DNA of 64,000 bases, filler included, from Basidiobolus ranarum (taxonomy: Eukaryota): assembly GCA_040143965.1 (NCBI GenBank). It is 26 parts of 26 records of this genome, joined end to end, with 100 filler letters (N's around TTAATTAATTAA, not from the genome) between each part and the next. Parts side by side here need not be neighbours in the genome. Positions count along the whole stretch, not along the records: positions 51,819 to 54,178 come from JASJQH010003428.1; positions 54,279 to 56,637 come from JASJQH010003429.1; positions 56,738 to 59,096 come from JASJQH010003430.1; positions 59,197 to 61,554 come from JASJQH010003431.1; positions 61,655 to 64,000 come from JASJQH010003446.1; 21 more parts are not named here. One strand, 5' to 3'. Positions 52,215-64,000 of the stretch are shown here, one piece after another. Each line of letters starts with the position of its first letter. The first letter of the stretch is position 1. Position numbers and translations under genes: made by a program. The notes beneath the pieces are model-generated. The model worked only from the letters and a program-made list of their open reading frames with translations, had not been told where the DNA came from and did not search any database.

Positions 52215-53140
52215 GTTGGATATGTGTATAGGTTGAATATATGGAAAACATCACAGACAGCAGTTCTTCATTCTTACCTATGTGGGCCCAAGAAAAATGT
52301 CTCAATAGGTGGCAAAAGGTACTCCATGACCTTGATATATGACAAAACAAGATATACTTAGGTATACTTTCTCAAGTCAAAATCTGAAGCCTTAACTAAG
52401 TTAAAGCACTATAAAATAATGGTAGATAAAGAATCAGCACAAAAAATAAGGGTACTTAATGGTAATACTAGTGGAGAAATCTGCTTCATAGACTTTGCCA
52501 GTTTCTGTTCTAAACATGGAATTAAGCAGCAAACTACTGTACCTTAAACATCACAGTAAAATGAAGTTGCAGAAAGTGCCAATGGAACCACAGTGGAGAT
52601 GGTAAGATCTATATTATGTGATCAAAAGTTCGATAACCAATATGGACTGAATCTATGTCCACTGCAGTCTATATCAGGGAACAGAGGCCCAACAGAATTC
52701 CTACAGAATTTAACTCCATCAAATGTGGACCATCTCAGTATCTTTGATTGCATGGCATATTTCTTAATTCTGGCTTGAAAAATGCTCTAAATTGAAACCA
52801 ATAAGCAGAAAATGCATATTTTTTGGTTACTATAATAGATTTAAGGCCTGCAGACTGTTTGATACCAAAAACAGGAATTGATTAAGTGCTGAGATGTGCT
52901 TTTTGATGAAAAAGCAAATTTTTCACCTATAATCACTATTCTAGATCCAGAAAACATTATTAGTACTATACAGGAAGCCTCTGACAAGAATTCCAGCCAT
53001 TTCTGAGCTCAATTAAGCCAAAATTCCAGCTACAATTACATCTGAGGAGGATTTAGGACCTACATCAACAGCTAGGAGCAGAAATAAGCCAGGGAACTGG
53101 TGGAAAACTTCCAATGATGTTGCTCATGAAGCATTCTGAG
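52215..53140 (+). mobile_element. decayed copia integrase
   Basis: Homologous to 35390-36340; KSKSEAL and VEMVRS segments. Confidence 0.85.
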
Positions 53141-54178
53141 TGTTGACTTATGTAAAAAACAACTCATTATTTGGTAGATAGTTTATTCACATTCAGTATT
53201 CCTCAATGTTAAATTCCATCATTCAAAAATGCATGCTCATCACCCTAATTGATAGAAAACTCAATTTGAACACTTTTGCCAATATTCACTATTTTCTTAA
53301 AACTTCTCTAAATCACCTCAAATTCTCAAACATGCTTAACAGGCATGTTTGTTATCACCTAAGCACATCCAATAGTTCTTTTTTTAGTAAACTATAAATA
53401 GGACATATTCCATCCAATCAAACTTAGGTGTCTAAATCACAAAAGCAAAGCTTGTCCAAAACACTTCCCAATACCTTAAACACTTTTAGCAGGTTATGAG
53501 CCTCAAGCTAGCTGTTAAAGACATTTCCACCAGTAATAATACCATGGTTCTTGCATCCACAAAGAAGTTTGAGGGTGAAAACTTCAGCCATTGGAAGTTC
53601 ATGGTGCAAATGGTGCTAGAACACAAACACCTTTGGGGACTTGTTAGAGCAGAAGAAATAGAGCCAAAATAACCATCAGCAGCTATCATAGCCTTTTAGC
53701 AAGACACAGAGGAAAGCATTCTCTGTGCATTTTCTACATCTCAGAGACTATCAATTGAGGAAAATACCCTTGGCCAAAAACATCCAAACAGCTTGGGAAA
53801 CACTTGAGAGGCAATATAAGACCAAAAGTCTGGCTGATAGGCCATATCTTAAGAAACATTATGTTCAATTTAGATGATTTCTGAAGTTTCTACGGCTAAT
53901 TGTATAAATTGGATAAAAACTATGGCAGATTGGCTCTCTTACATTGGTGCTCCCGTAAATGAAGATGACTAAGTCATGACATTCTTTGGCAGCCTGCCAG
54001 ACAAGTTTGAGAACCTCATATTTGCCCTAAAATCAATATCAGAGCCATCAAAAATGGAGTAAGTTGATGTTAAGCTCTTGAATGAGCAATTGAGGAGACC
54101 TAACTCTCAACAAAATATTCAGATTAGGCAGTTTTTGGAGCCATAAGACATCCAACATGCTTCAATAATGGTGCCCCT
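53141..54178 (+). mobile_element. copia family E 5' LTR, half-tRNA PBS (53492-53502) and gag
   Basis: 351-bp LTR, then GGTTATGAGCC, then KFEGENFSHWKFMVQMVLEHKHLWGLV gag N-terminus. Confidence 0.9.
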
Positions 54179-54278
54179 NNNNNNNNNNNNNNNNNNNNNN
54201 NNNNNNNNNNNNNNNNNNNNNNTTAATTAATTAANNNNNNNNNNNNNNNNNNNNNNNNNNNNNNNNNNNNNNNNNNNN

Positions 54279-55987
54279 CAAATGTGAATAGTATTTACCT
54301 GATTCAGTGATTGCCCATTGTACGCAAAGAGTACATGACTTCAGGTTTTTCACATCCCTAGTGAAAACCAAACACCCATTTGGACATGAAGGTAGCTTGA
54401 TTAGTGAGGGATTATAAGTCATAGTATAGCTAAGTGTTTTCCACCTGTACCAGGTCTGTGGCAAGCAATAGTTGCCAATCAAATGTGGTAAAAGAGTAAC
54501 TTAACTAATAAACTCCTGAATGCTAAGATTGAATTGAATGCACCACTCCTCAATAATCAAAGCTGCTCCCTTTACTGTAAGTGTTATGAGTAAACTAATG
54601 TTTGATAATAAGAAAGAGTCTGTAACAAAACCATTGTCTTCTTCTTCAACTTCTGATATACAATCATCAGTACTTGAATAAACAAGGTCAATATTTGACC
54701 AAAGTTACATTTCAATCTACATCATTCAAGTCATATAGCTATGGTGACACCATGATATATTGGCTTTTGGTAGTGTTACAAAAACTTTGTGGCAAAATAC
54801 AGTCAGTGGACTCAGTGGGCAAAACCATAGTGGATTCTGTGCACTTATTACTGTTGATATTCACCAGGCTTTGTGCAGCAGGTGGGTTTGTAAAGTTACT
54901 GTGTGCTTTGTTATTGTTCTATGAAGCCTCCAACTTTCATGGCACAAGAGTTTGTGACAATAATAGCAGGGCTTCTTTAAACATTGGTGTTGTGGCATGA
55001 GAAGATTTTATGGAAAAAAGAACACCTCCAATGTAAGGTTGGTATATTAGGCATAGCCCATCAATATCATCAGCTGATTCTAAGATGGTGTCACAGACAA
55101 GTCATCAGGGCTTTTACAAGCTACTCCCAGTAACAGATGGCAAGCTTGGTTTATTTCAAGCTGCTTGAAAGCAATTTTGGCACACCAAGTTTACCATCTA
55201 AAAATTTCAATGCAACTCAAAAAGCATTAAAAATCTAAGCTAAAATTGGCTTGCAAGCAAAAGCCTGCTGGCACAAAAGGAAAAAATCAACAGAGGATAT
55301 AATTGATGAGCAGTCTGACAATGCACCATCCACTTCGGATGGCATTAACATCCCCAAAACTAACTCAGGTAATGCTGAAGCATTAATTGGTTTACTAGAT
55401 ATATTCCTTTGCAGCAATAGTGCAAGCAAAGAGATTATACTCCCCCAATTGTGTTGTAAATCATTAGTTGAGGAAAGCTCAACCAATACACCATCAGGAG
55501 AATCAACTTCCAAAATGGCTGCTTTGCCCACTATTGAACAACCCTCTGCAGAAAATATGGGTATAGTTATCACAAATGGGGAATTGAAGGCTGAACACCA
55601 TCATGATTTGTTTGCAATCATAAGTAAAAAATATGGAGTTGCTATACAGGCCATGACAAGTAACAATGCTGCAATGTCATAATTAATGAAGCATTCAGAA
55701 GTAACTAGTCAACAGTTAGAAAGTCACTCAACAATGATACAAGACCTTCAAAATCCTCTACTTGAGCTACAGCAAAATGCAGTTCCCTCTGTCCATTTTC
55801 ATATGGGATTTGGGTCAATCCCACATTATATATATGAAAGTCATGTGACAATCTAGCAAAGCAGAATATGTGTTGGACCATTGAGTGTACTTAATGACCT
55901 CAAATTGCTTGGGCACATTGAAGTAAAAATCTCATAGGAAAACCAGCAAATTAAAAGACTCTGAATGTCAGAGCTGCCATCACTTGC
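54279..55987. mobile_element. central part of the CMC element: transposase 5' region (-) divergent from second ORF (+, about 55209-55987)
   Basis: Minus strand CPNGCLVFT...SCTLC is the CACTA-type Cys motif; the plus-strand ORF matches 19036-19416 (-) and 58190-58975 (-). Confidence 0.7.
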
Positions 55988-56737
55988 TGTTGAGTCCAAA
56001 AGAAAAGTGGATTGAAAGTCTTGAGCTTTACTGAACCAAAGAAACAGTCAGGTGCTGAATCTTAGAATTGTTTAAACAGGATATATCAGCAGAGTGGACC
56101 TATCTAATATATGTCTTGGGAATAGCAGTAGGTTGCTATTGTCTGGTAGAGAGTAGGTTTGCTAGGCAGCTAGGCTTGGTGTTCTGTAGGTGATAGTGAA
56201 TACTAGGTTTTGATAGAAATGAGAGGGGAATATTGAATTTGTTGAGAAACACTAAAAAGTGTTAAGAACCTATATTTGTTGAGATACACACTACACCAAA
56301 AGGTTCAGTTATCTTTATTTATACTTTTTGATAGCAGAGTGAATTAGTTGGTGCCAAGATATTAGATGACTGATTCCAATAAAAAACAATATGATTGGAT
56401 AGATAGATAGATAGATAGACAAGTGAGTCATGCATCAGCTGTAGTCTTGGCAGTAAAAAAATATGGGTTATAAATCTTGTAACTCATAATGACTTGTGTG
56501 TAAGCAGTTGACTCTGAGGTTAATACTAATTGGATAATGATCATGTGATTGTGCATATGATCTGATAGAAGTGATAAAATAATACATAGTTAGTCATATG
56601 ATTAGTTTCATAACATAGTCAGAGGAAAAGATTCTGTNNNNNNNNNNNNNNNNNNNNNNNNNNNNNNNNNNNNNNNNNNNNTTAATTAATTAANNNNNNN
56701 NNNNNNNNNNNNNNNNNNNNNNNNNNNNNNNNNNNNN

Positions 56738-56990
56738 AAAGGCTATTCCCAGACTCCAGGAGTTGATTTTAATGGAACTTTTGCTCCAGTAGCTAAGTTT
56801 AGGTCAAATGGGTCTACAAAGTCAAAAACCAAGCTGCTGGAACCATAGAAAGGTCCAAAGCAAGATTATTTGCAAAAGGCTATTTCCACACTCAAGTAGT
56901 TGATTTTCATGCACATTTTGCTCCAGTGGCTAAATTTAGCTCCATTAGATCAATCCTGGTACTCTCAGCCACCCATAACCTTGATCTACA
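56738..56990 (+). mobile_element. copia RT fragment with local duplication
   Basis: The KGYSQTPGVDF..TFAPVAK segment occurs twice. Confidence 0.75.
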
Positions 56991-59196
56991 TAGTATTCCA
57001 GTACTCTTCTCTCTAACTGGGAGACTCTCAGCAATTGTAACATTAATAGCAGACCAGAAGATATATCCAAGACTGACTTCAGGTCAAGATATGGACACCA
57101 CAGTTCAAATTCTTAAATAGATAAGGATTACAAACGTTGGAGTTAGCTAGTATTAAATTCACTAAAACTGGACTCAAGTTTTTTGAGAGAGATACTGCTG
57201 TATTCATAATTAAGGAGATTGATCAGAGGAGTATTAGTTTATCTACTGATAACTATTATAGTTACTCTATTGGGATCTACTGATGAACTGCTAATACTGT
57301 ATGTTACACACTCTAACTAATACTTGGACTGCCATAGTTTAGCAAATCATAGTGCTCTCCTCCCTAACTTTGACAGAAATTTGAACATTTTTATTGTAGA
57401 AACACTGCCACAATTTTAATTCAGTTTGGATTGATTGTTTACTTACCTTCATAAGATCATCAAGTAAGATTTGATTTTGATCAGTTTTTCAGTTTCAGGG
57501 GTGAAATTTCAAGGTCTTACAAAATAGTTGCACATAATTGGCTACAATCTCAGAAAACTATAGATCAACACATGTGCAAAAAACATAACTCAAACTTTTC
57601 ATATTTACCATTTATATGCTAATTTTGTTACCTTCAGAATCCATAGTTTCTTTGACATATTCTCCTAAATATTTTTATAGAGTTCTTCATACCCAAGGTT
57701 GAGCTTATATCCAATATAAGCTTGTCTCAATATCTCCATCAAAGCCCACCATTGTATTAACATTACTGAACTAACATTCATCCAGCTATCTGGTGAATAC
57801 CCTGCAATATTGTGCCACTGCATATTAAGTTCTTCCTATATACCTGCACAGTGAACACCAGCCTGGATGTCAATTTGAATTTTCTTCTTCTAAATCCAGT
57901 CTTTGCATACTTGCCCTGCATTTTTCTCTTCACAGTTTTGAAAATACCCCTGAAGCACTTTTATTATTTTTATTTATCCTTGTAATATGACACTGCTGCA
58001 GGTGCTTTGTGGTATTAGTGCAGTTTTTTCCTTGCCTATAGATTTAGGACTAATTCCAACACTTGCAAAAGTACCAGTGAAGTATTGAGAGCTGTGAGTT
58101 CTATTAGCTGGTATTTTGGCTTGTTGAGAGATGCCAGGTGTTGAATAAACTTCAGAATTTAGCACGCTTCCAAAATGTTAATCAAATCTTCATCAGAGCA
58201 AGTGGCAGCAGCTCAGACATCAGGAATTTTTGGTTTGTTGGTTTTCCTATGATATTTTTGCTTTCATGTTCCCAAGCAAATTTTGGGTCTTTGTGTAGGA
58301 TTAATAGTCTGACACATATTCTGCTCTGCTAGTTTGTAGTGGGGACATTCATATAAATGGTGTAGGATTAGTTGAAAGCCTGAATGAGAATGGGCAGAGG
58401 TAGCAGCATGTTGCTGTAACTTGAGTGCAGCATTCTGAATGTTTTGTATCAAAGTTGAATAACTGTCTAACTGTTGACTAGTTGCCTCAAAATGCTGCAT
58501 TGATTGTGCTATCATGGCATTTTTACTTGTCATGCCCTTTACAGCAACTTTGTAGCTTTAACTTATGTTTGCGTAAAATTGTCACATTATTCTGCCTGAG
58601 ATTCCCCTGTTGTAATAATTCAAGCCAAATTTTCCACAGAGCAGTGTTCAATAGTTGGCAAAGTAACCATTTTGGAAGTTGATGGCCTTCATGGTGTTTC
58701 AGTTGAGCTTTGCTCAACTGTTGATTTTCTATTTAATTTGGGGATTCCAATCTCTTCAGTTGTACTATTGTGGGAAAGGAACACATCTGGTAAATTGATT
58801 AATGCTTGATCCATACTTTATATAGTTTCCAGCATGTAAATGCCTTCCAAAGTGGATAATGGATTGCTAGACTGCTTTTTAATTAAGTCCTCTTTTCTTT
58901 CCAGTTTTTTTTCTTTTGTGCCAGCTAGCTTTTTCTTAGAAGCCAATCATGATTTATATTATGAATGCATTTTTAATGGCATTCTATTCTGGCAAGTACA
59001 AAGCCCACTGTATAAAGTTCCAGGCTTTGACAGATTTGGGAGGAAACATCATTTGGTTTAGTGGGCCACATCCAGGGAGACACCATGACAAAAGGCNNNN
59101 NNNNNNNNNNNNNNNNNNNNNNNNNNNNNNNNNNNNNNNNTTAATTAATTAANNNNNNNNNNNNNNNNNNNNNNNNNNNNNNNNNNNNNNNNNNNN

Positions 59197-61374
59197 ATCT
59201 ATACTCAGGATATGACCATATACCCATTGATGGAACCTCAAGAGACATATTTGGACTACAGACTCCATTTGGGCTACTTGGAATGACAAGACTCAGCCAA
59301 GGTCAACTGACTCTGTTACACAGTTTCAACATGTGATGGTCAATGTCCTTTACAAGTTCATCCCAGACAAGTTAGCTGTATTTGTAGATGACATTGGCAT
59401 AAAAGGATCACCTATTAAGAATACAACTGAAGTAATCCCAGGAGTAAGAAGATTTGTATATGACCATATACAAGACAATGACCAGATTTCAACCAAAATT
59501 GAGAAAGCTGGACGCACTATTAGTGGTGAGAAAAGTGACTTTGGAATGCCAAAAATATCCATAGTTGGGCAGAAATGTGACATTTGTGGAAGAACACCAG
59601 GACCATCTAAGATTGAGAAACTTCTCACATGGCCAACACCAAGCAACTTAACCCAAGCAAGAGGATTCATGGCTGCTTGTGGATTTTTTAGTACATGGAT
59701 TCCCAATTTCTCTGAAATTGCAGAACCCATATAGCAACTGCAGAGAAAGAATGTGAAGTTTGAATGCAGGCTTGATCAAGACGCTGCTATGGATAAGCTG
59801 AAGCAAGCACTAACATCCCATCCCATACTTAAGCCACTGGGCTATACAGATGCCACAAGACCACCAATACTCATAGTTGACTCAAGTCCTATTGCAGCAG
59901 CTCTTTTAGGCCAGAACAATGAAGCAGGCAACCAACATGCCTGCAGATATGAAAGCTGCTTATTCAACCCTAGGGAGCAGAGATATTCCCAGATCAAGAG
60001 AGAACTACTTGGAGCTGTAAAGATGATCAAGAAACTAAAGGCCCAACTCTATATGACTCACTTCATACTTGAAACAGATGCAAGACCACTTATTGGGATG
60101 ATCAACAAACCAGACCTACCAGATGATGCTACCAACCGGTGGATGGCTTGGCTCAAGATGTTTGACTTTGAAGTAGTACACATACCAGGAAAAACAAATG
60201 TTGTTGCAGATGGACTATCAAGAATGGGACCAAGACCTGGTGAAATACACTCTGATGACAACTTTGAAGACTCCCTTGATGCTGAAATATGACAAGTATC
60301 TATCAGTACCCCTATACCTGAAGAATGGAGAGATATTGTCCATTATTTGACTATGTTACAGAGACCCTACACCTTAGATCCCCAGCAATTCAGAAACCTC
60401 AGGAGGAAAGCCCATCACTTCCTTGTAAGGGATGGACTACTTTTCAAGCAGGTTATGGCAGGATAAGTACCAAGAAGAGTAATCTTTGACTCTAAAGAAA
60501 AGCTGAGGATCATTAAGGACATCCATGAAGGAGAACCAGGAGGACACTGTGGCAGAGAGGCTACTTTCAAGAACTCAACACTAACATACAATTGGACCAA
60601 ACAATATCAGGATATCAAAGTATATGTAGAGACATGTGATACATGCCAAAGGAGATCAACCAAAAGATATGAGGAACCACTCTACCCCACCTATGTTCCA
60701 ACACTATGGCAGAAGGTGGGAATTGATCTTGTACATATGCCTACAGCTGGCAACAAAAAATATCTTGTTGTTGCCAGAGATGATCTTAGTGGTTGGGTGG
60801 AAGCCAGAACTCTACCTAACAACAAAGCAGAAACAGTTTGGAAGTACTGCTGACCAAGGAGAGATGATGTCACAGCTGATCTAGGATGTCTGCTTGAAGT
60901 ATTGCATATGTATTGCACACATCACAGCATATCATCTGCAGACAAATGGGATAATAGAGAGAGGGCATGGACCCTTAGTGAGCTCACTGGTCAAGTCCTG
61001 CCAAGGCAAATCACAACTTTGGCCACAAAAGCTACACTTAGCACAATGGGCCAACAGGATCACTACAAAGAGAACAAATGGCATGTCACCCAACAGACTG
61101 ATTTATGAACAAGAATACATCCTTCCCATTCAAACTGAGGCCACAGCTTGAAACACTTTGAACTGGAAGACTAACATGGCCACCAAAGAACTTCTCATCA
61201 ACAGGATAGCCCAAATTGACAGACACCCTGTTGATGTAGAAAAAGCTGCTGAAGTACTAAAGAAAGTCAGAAATTCTAACAAGGACTACTTTGCCAAAAC
61301 TCATCCCCGCCAACCTAAGCCACAACAAGTTGATGACCTTGTCCTGGAATATGGTTCCACTCTTGACAACCAAT
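59197..61374 (+). mobile_element. Ty3/Gypsy pol (RT, RNase H, integrase), second lineage, decayed; interrupted at 61375 by a CMC terminus
   Basis: YSGYDH, FVDDIGIKG, VDSSPIAA, YSQIKRELLG, HIPGKTNVVADGLSR, H...GGHCG...CDTCQ, DDLSGWVEAR and TAYHLQTNGIIERGH motifs. Confidence 0.93.
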
Positions 61375-61654
61375 CTCTAACAAAAATAAAATCAATTTCA
61401 TCCAGATTGGATCCATCCTGCAAAAAGAGCAAAACTGTCAGAGAACCATCACAATATAGGTGGCTTGCATTCTGCCAGGGATTTTGATGGTGTGATGGTG
61501 GTTTCTTGATGGTATTTTGATAGTATTCATACATGTTAAAATACTGATCCTCAANNNNNNNNNNNNNNNNNNNNNNNNNNNNNNNNNNNNNNNNNNNNTT
61601 AATTAATTAANNNNNNNNNNNNNNNNNNNNNNNNNNNNNNNNNNNNNNNNNNNN

Positions 61655-61969
61655 GATGGGGAAGCTAACACTGAGGATAGCATCGACACGCTTGATGGCA
61701 GCGAGGGTGTTGCTGCTGACACCACTTACATTGGCGGCTTTATCGAAGAATTGTTCGACGCATTGCAAGAAGTTAGGTTCAGAGTCTTCGCAGGCAGTAT
61801 TGACAGTGCTGTATTGTCTCAAAACAGGGATAGAACGAATTCCAAGAGGAGCGGCAACTCTGCGAAGGCTATAAACAAAAAGTTAATGTCAAAGTATTGA
61901 TATCAGATAAATAAAAGATATATCATTATACCTAGTAGCCGAGGTTCTGGAGAGAAGAGCGAAAGCCAT
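61655..61969 (-). CDS. mitochondrial GLUD1-type glutamate dehydrogenase, copy A, 5' part
   Basis: Exon 61969-61932, intron 61931-61869, exon 61868-61655. MAFALLSRTSATSLRR...RQYS targeting peptide, then EPNFLQCVEQFFDKAA...IKRVDAILSVSFPI, matching the GLUD1 N-terminus pattern (DPNFFKMVEGFFDRGA...VLSLSFPI). Confidence 0.85.
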
Positions 61970-63782
61970 TATAATAGAAGATATTATGGATACAAATTGT
62001 CAGTGGAAGATCAGGGCTATTTAAATAAAAAGCCAGGTCAACAAAATTCATACTCGGATTTTGTACTTGAATGGATCAATATTTCATAGTGCAGTACCTT
62101 GTCATAAACTCTCCAAAAGGATTCCAGCCATTTCTGGTTAATCCTTGGATATGGCTTGATTGATGGAAATATCTCACGTAGAGCAGTCCATTTCTACCAA
62201 TTGAAAGGAGTCAGCATCGAGCGTTTCATATTGTGGGAATATTGGGATTGACACTATGAATAGCTGACCTGTCAGAATAAGAATGATTGTCTCATCAATA
62301 TTTTATACAATTGATATCAAGTGGTACATCAACCCAATGAAGTTTACCTGAATTGCTGATATGGAGCTAATGGGACTTGAGTTACCACATTAATTCTGAT
62401 ACCTACAATACCTTGACTTTGTGCTTTCCCACGACCGAATCCGTAAAAGTGTTTCGAGAAGCTATAATTCATCTGCCCTTGTGCCATGTTGTAGCAGTAG
62501 ACCCCCGAATTCGCCATTTATTCGTGCTTCAAGCTAGAGTGATTTCTCCCAATTTAAATATACAGTTATTGATGGGTGTCACATTCTGAAGTACCCCATA
62601 TTTCTCTTGCGCTTTGTATTGCTAAGTAAGCCATGTGTAGAGGTTTCGCATAATTGTTTCTGAAACCATCACCATTTCTGGTAACTGCTGGATATTTCCA
62701 ATTTTGTAAAGATTTTGGCACATAGGTGTTACGAAGGAGTATTATTGGGTGGCAGGAAAGCAACCATGTATGTCTCTGACGGATGAAGCTTGCTTAAAAT
62801 TAGCAAAACATTGACATCTCTCTAAAAATGAGACAATAGAACGAAAGTGAAAGTGTCACCCACATCCATATTTTGGGTTAACAAACCATGGTAATGGATC
62901 ACCAAGTGGTGGGATACTGGGAGGTAACATTCGAACCTTCTTCCAAACCACCTTGAGGAACACTATTAACAAGTATATTTACATGTACATTTTGAACCTT
63001 GCCACGGTACGTGACAGCACGAGGGAAGACACATTCCGTCATCTCTGACCATTAAATGCTGTGCTACTTGTGAGCACCTTTGAGAATTTCTAATTTTCTG
63101 GTAGCTCGACAGGTTACTTGAATATTTGACAAGGTACATCAACGGTTGAAACATTCCCTTTTCTGAAGCTATTGTATTATTATGTCGCTTGTCAAATAGT
63201 TGACAGCGCCACTATAAGAGCCAAAACCTTGAGGCTGAATTTAGTGTTCATGATTCAAGTGTCAGAATATGTGTTACTGGAGTACAACCTATTTGATAGG
63301 CAACTATTCCTCAGTTACTGCAGCCCTGGGAAAAGTGAGGTGGTGTCTAAAAGAAGGCATCTACTATGTGGGGAAAGCTTGGTATGTAGATGAACGAATC
63401 GAATACCCACAACAATCTTGTAGATAATTCCTAATAGGTGGTGGCCCTAATTTGCTGCTATATTTGATGTGATGCCAGCCTGTCGGAGTTTGCCCAAATA
63501 GTTGATTGTACTATAGTATGAAGCGATTGAATTTGGATTTTGACAGCATTGGTCGACATTTTAATTCAGTCGAGAACCTGTAAACAGTTTGAATAATCGA
63601 TTAACCGAACTGAATGCTTACGTATACCTCGATAAGTCTACTAATGATACATTCTGATTTGTAGACAAGGAAACAACCAATCAGATTGGTAAATCGACCT
63701 CCACGTACCGTTTGTAACCTTTAAATATGCCTGTATTTTCTTGCGTAGATCTCAGTTCACTGAATACTACCGTCAAATCAAG

Positions 63783-64000
63783 ATGGCTTTCACTCTCCTT
63801 GCCAAAGCTTCAACTTCTAGGTATTACAAACTTTGGATTATCTATTACAGTCATAATCCTCTGAAACTAACCTCTGGATTAACCTATTCTTTAGCCTTCG
63901 TAGAGTCGCTGCCCCTCTTGGCTTCCGTTCTCTTCCTGCTTTGAGACAATACAGCACTGTCAATGCTGCTTGCGAGGACTCTGAGCCTAACTTCTTACAA
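63783..64000 (+). CDS. mitochondrial GLUD1-type glutamate dehydrogenase, copy B, 5' part
   Basis: Exon 63783-63820, intron 63821-63894, exon 63895-64000: MAFTLLAKASTSSLRRVAAPLGFRSLPALRQYSTVNAACEDSEPNFLQ. Same intron position and phase as copy A. Confidence 0.85.

Noticed and set aside
2377..61654. Regularly spaced identical repeat (TTAATTAATTAA between N runs) resembling an array or CRISPR
   Set aside because: Artificial six-frame-stop linkers between size-sorted contigs.
62300..62800. Possible small gene between the two GDH copies
   Set aside because: Short broken ORFs with no recognisable motif or splice structure.

Overview
This window is not one locus. It is 26 unlinked contigs of about 2.36-2.38 kb, in descending size order, joined by 25 artificial 100-nt linkers (N44-TTAATTAATTAA-N44), so adjacency means something only within a contig. 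The DNA is eukaryotic and fungal-like: 56-74 nt GT-AG introns, chitin enzymes, and a GLUD1-type glutamate dehydrogenase that points to an early-diverging fungus (inference). Host genes are a GH20 hexosaminidase 5' end head-to-head with a CE4 chitin deacetylase, an Hsp31/glyoxalase III 5' end, a secreted CAP protein, Rad4/XPC, single-domain glyoxalase I, a 3-exon endosulfine (Igo1-like) gene missed by the ORF track, and two paralogous GDH genes head-to-head. Most other contigs are nested, CpG-depleted, decayed transposons: Ty1/copia with half-tRNA-iMet primer sites, two Ty3/Gypsy lineages, a CMC/EnSpm-like element with CCCTAACA termini, and a PIF/Harbinger-like family with MITEs. Best leads are a tRNA-like cloverleaf just inside an LTR-like terminus, the divergent GDH pair, an intact GGGAAAC + pseudoknot -1 frameshift signal, a reconstructable two-ORF CMC element, a dispersed 114-bp (38-aa) coding repeat, and a ~125-bp tandem array. 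All calls are by-eye motif recognition; no searches were run.
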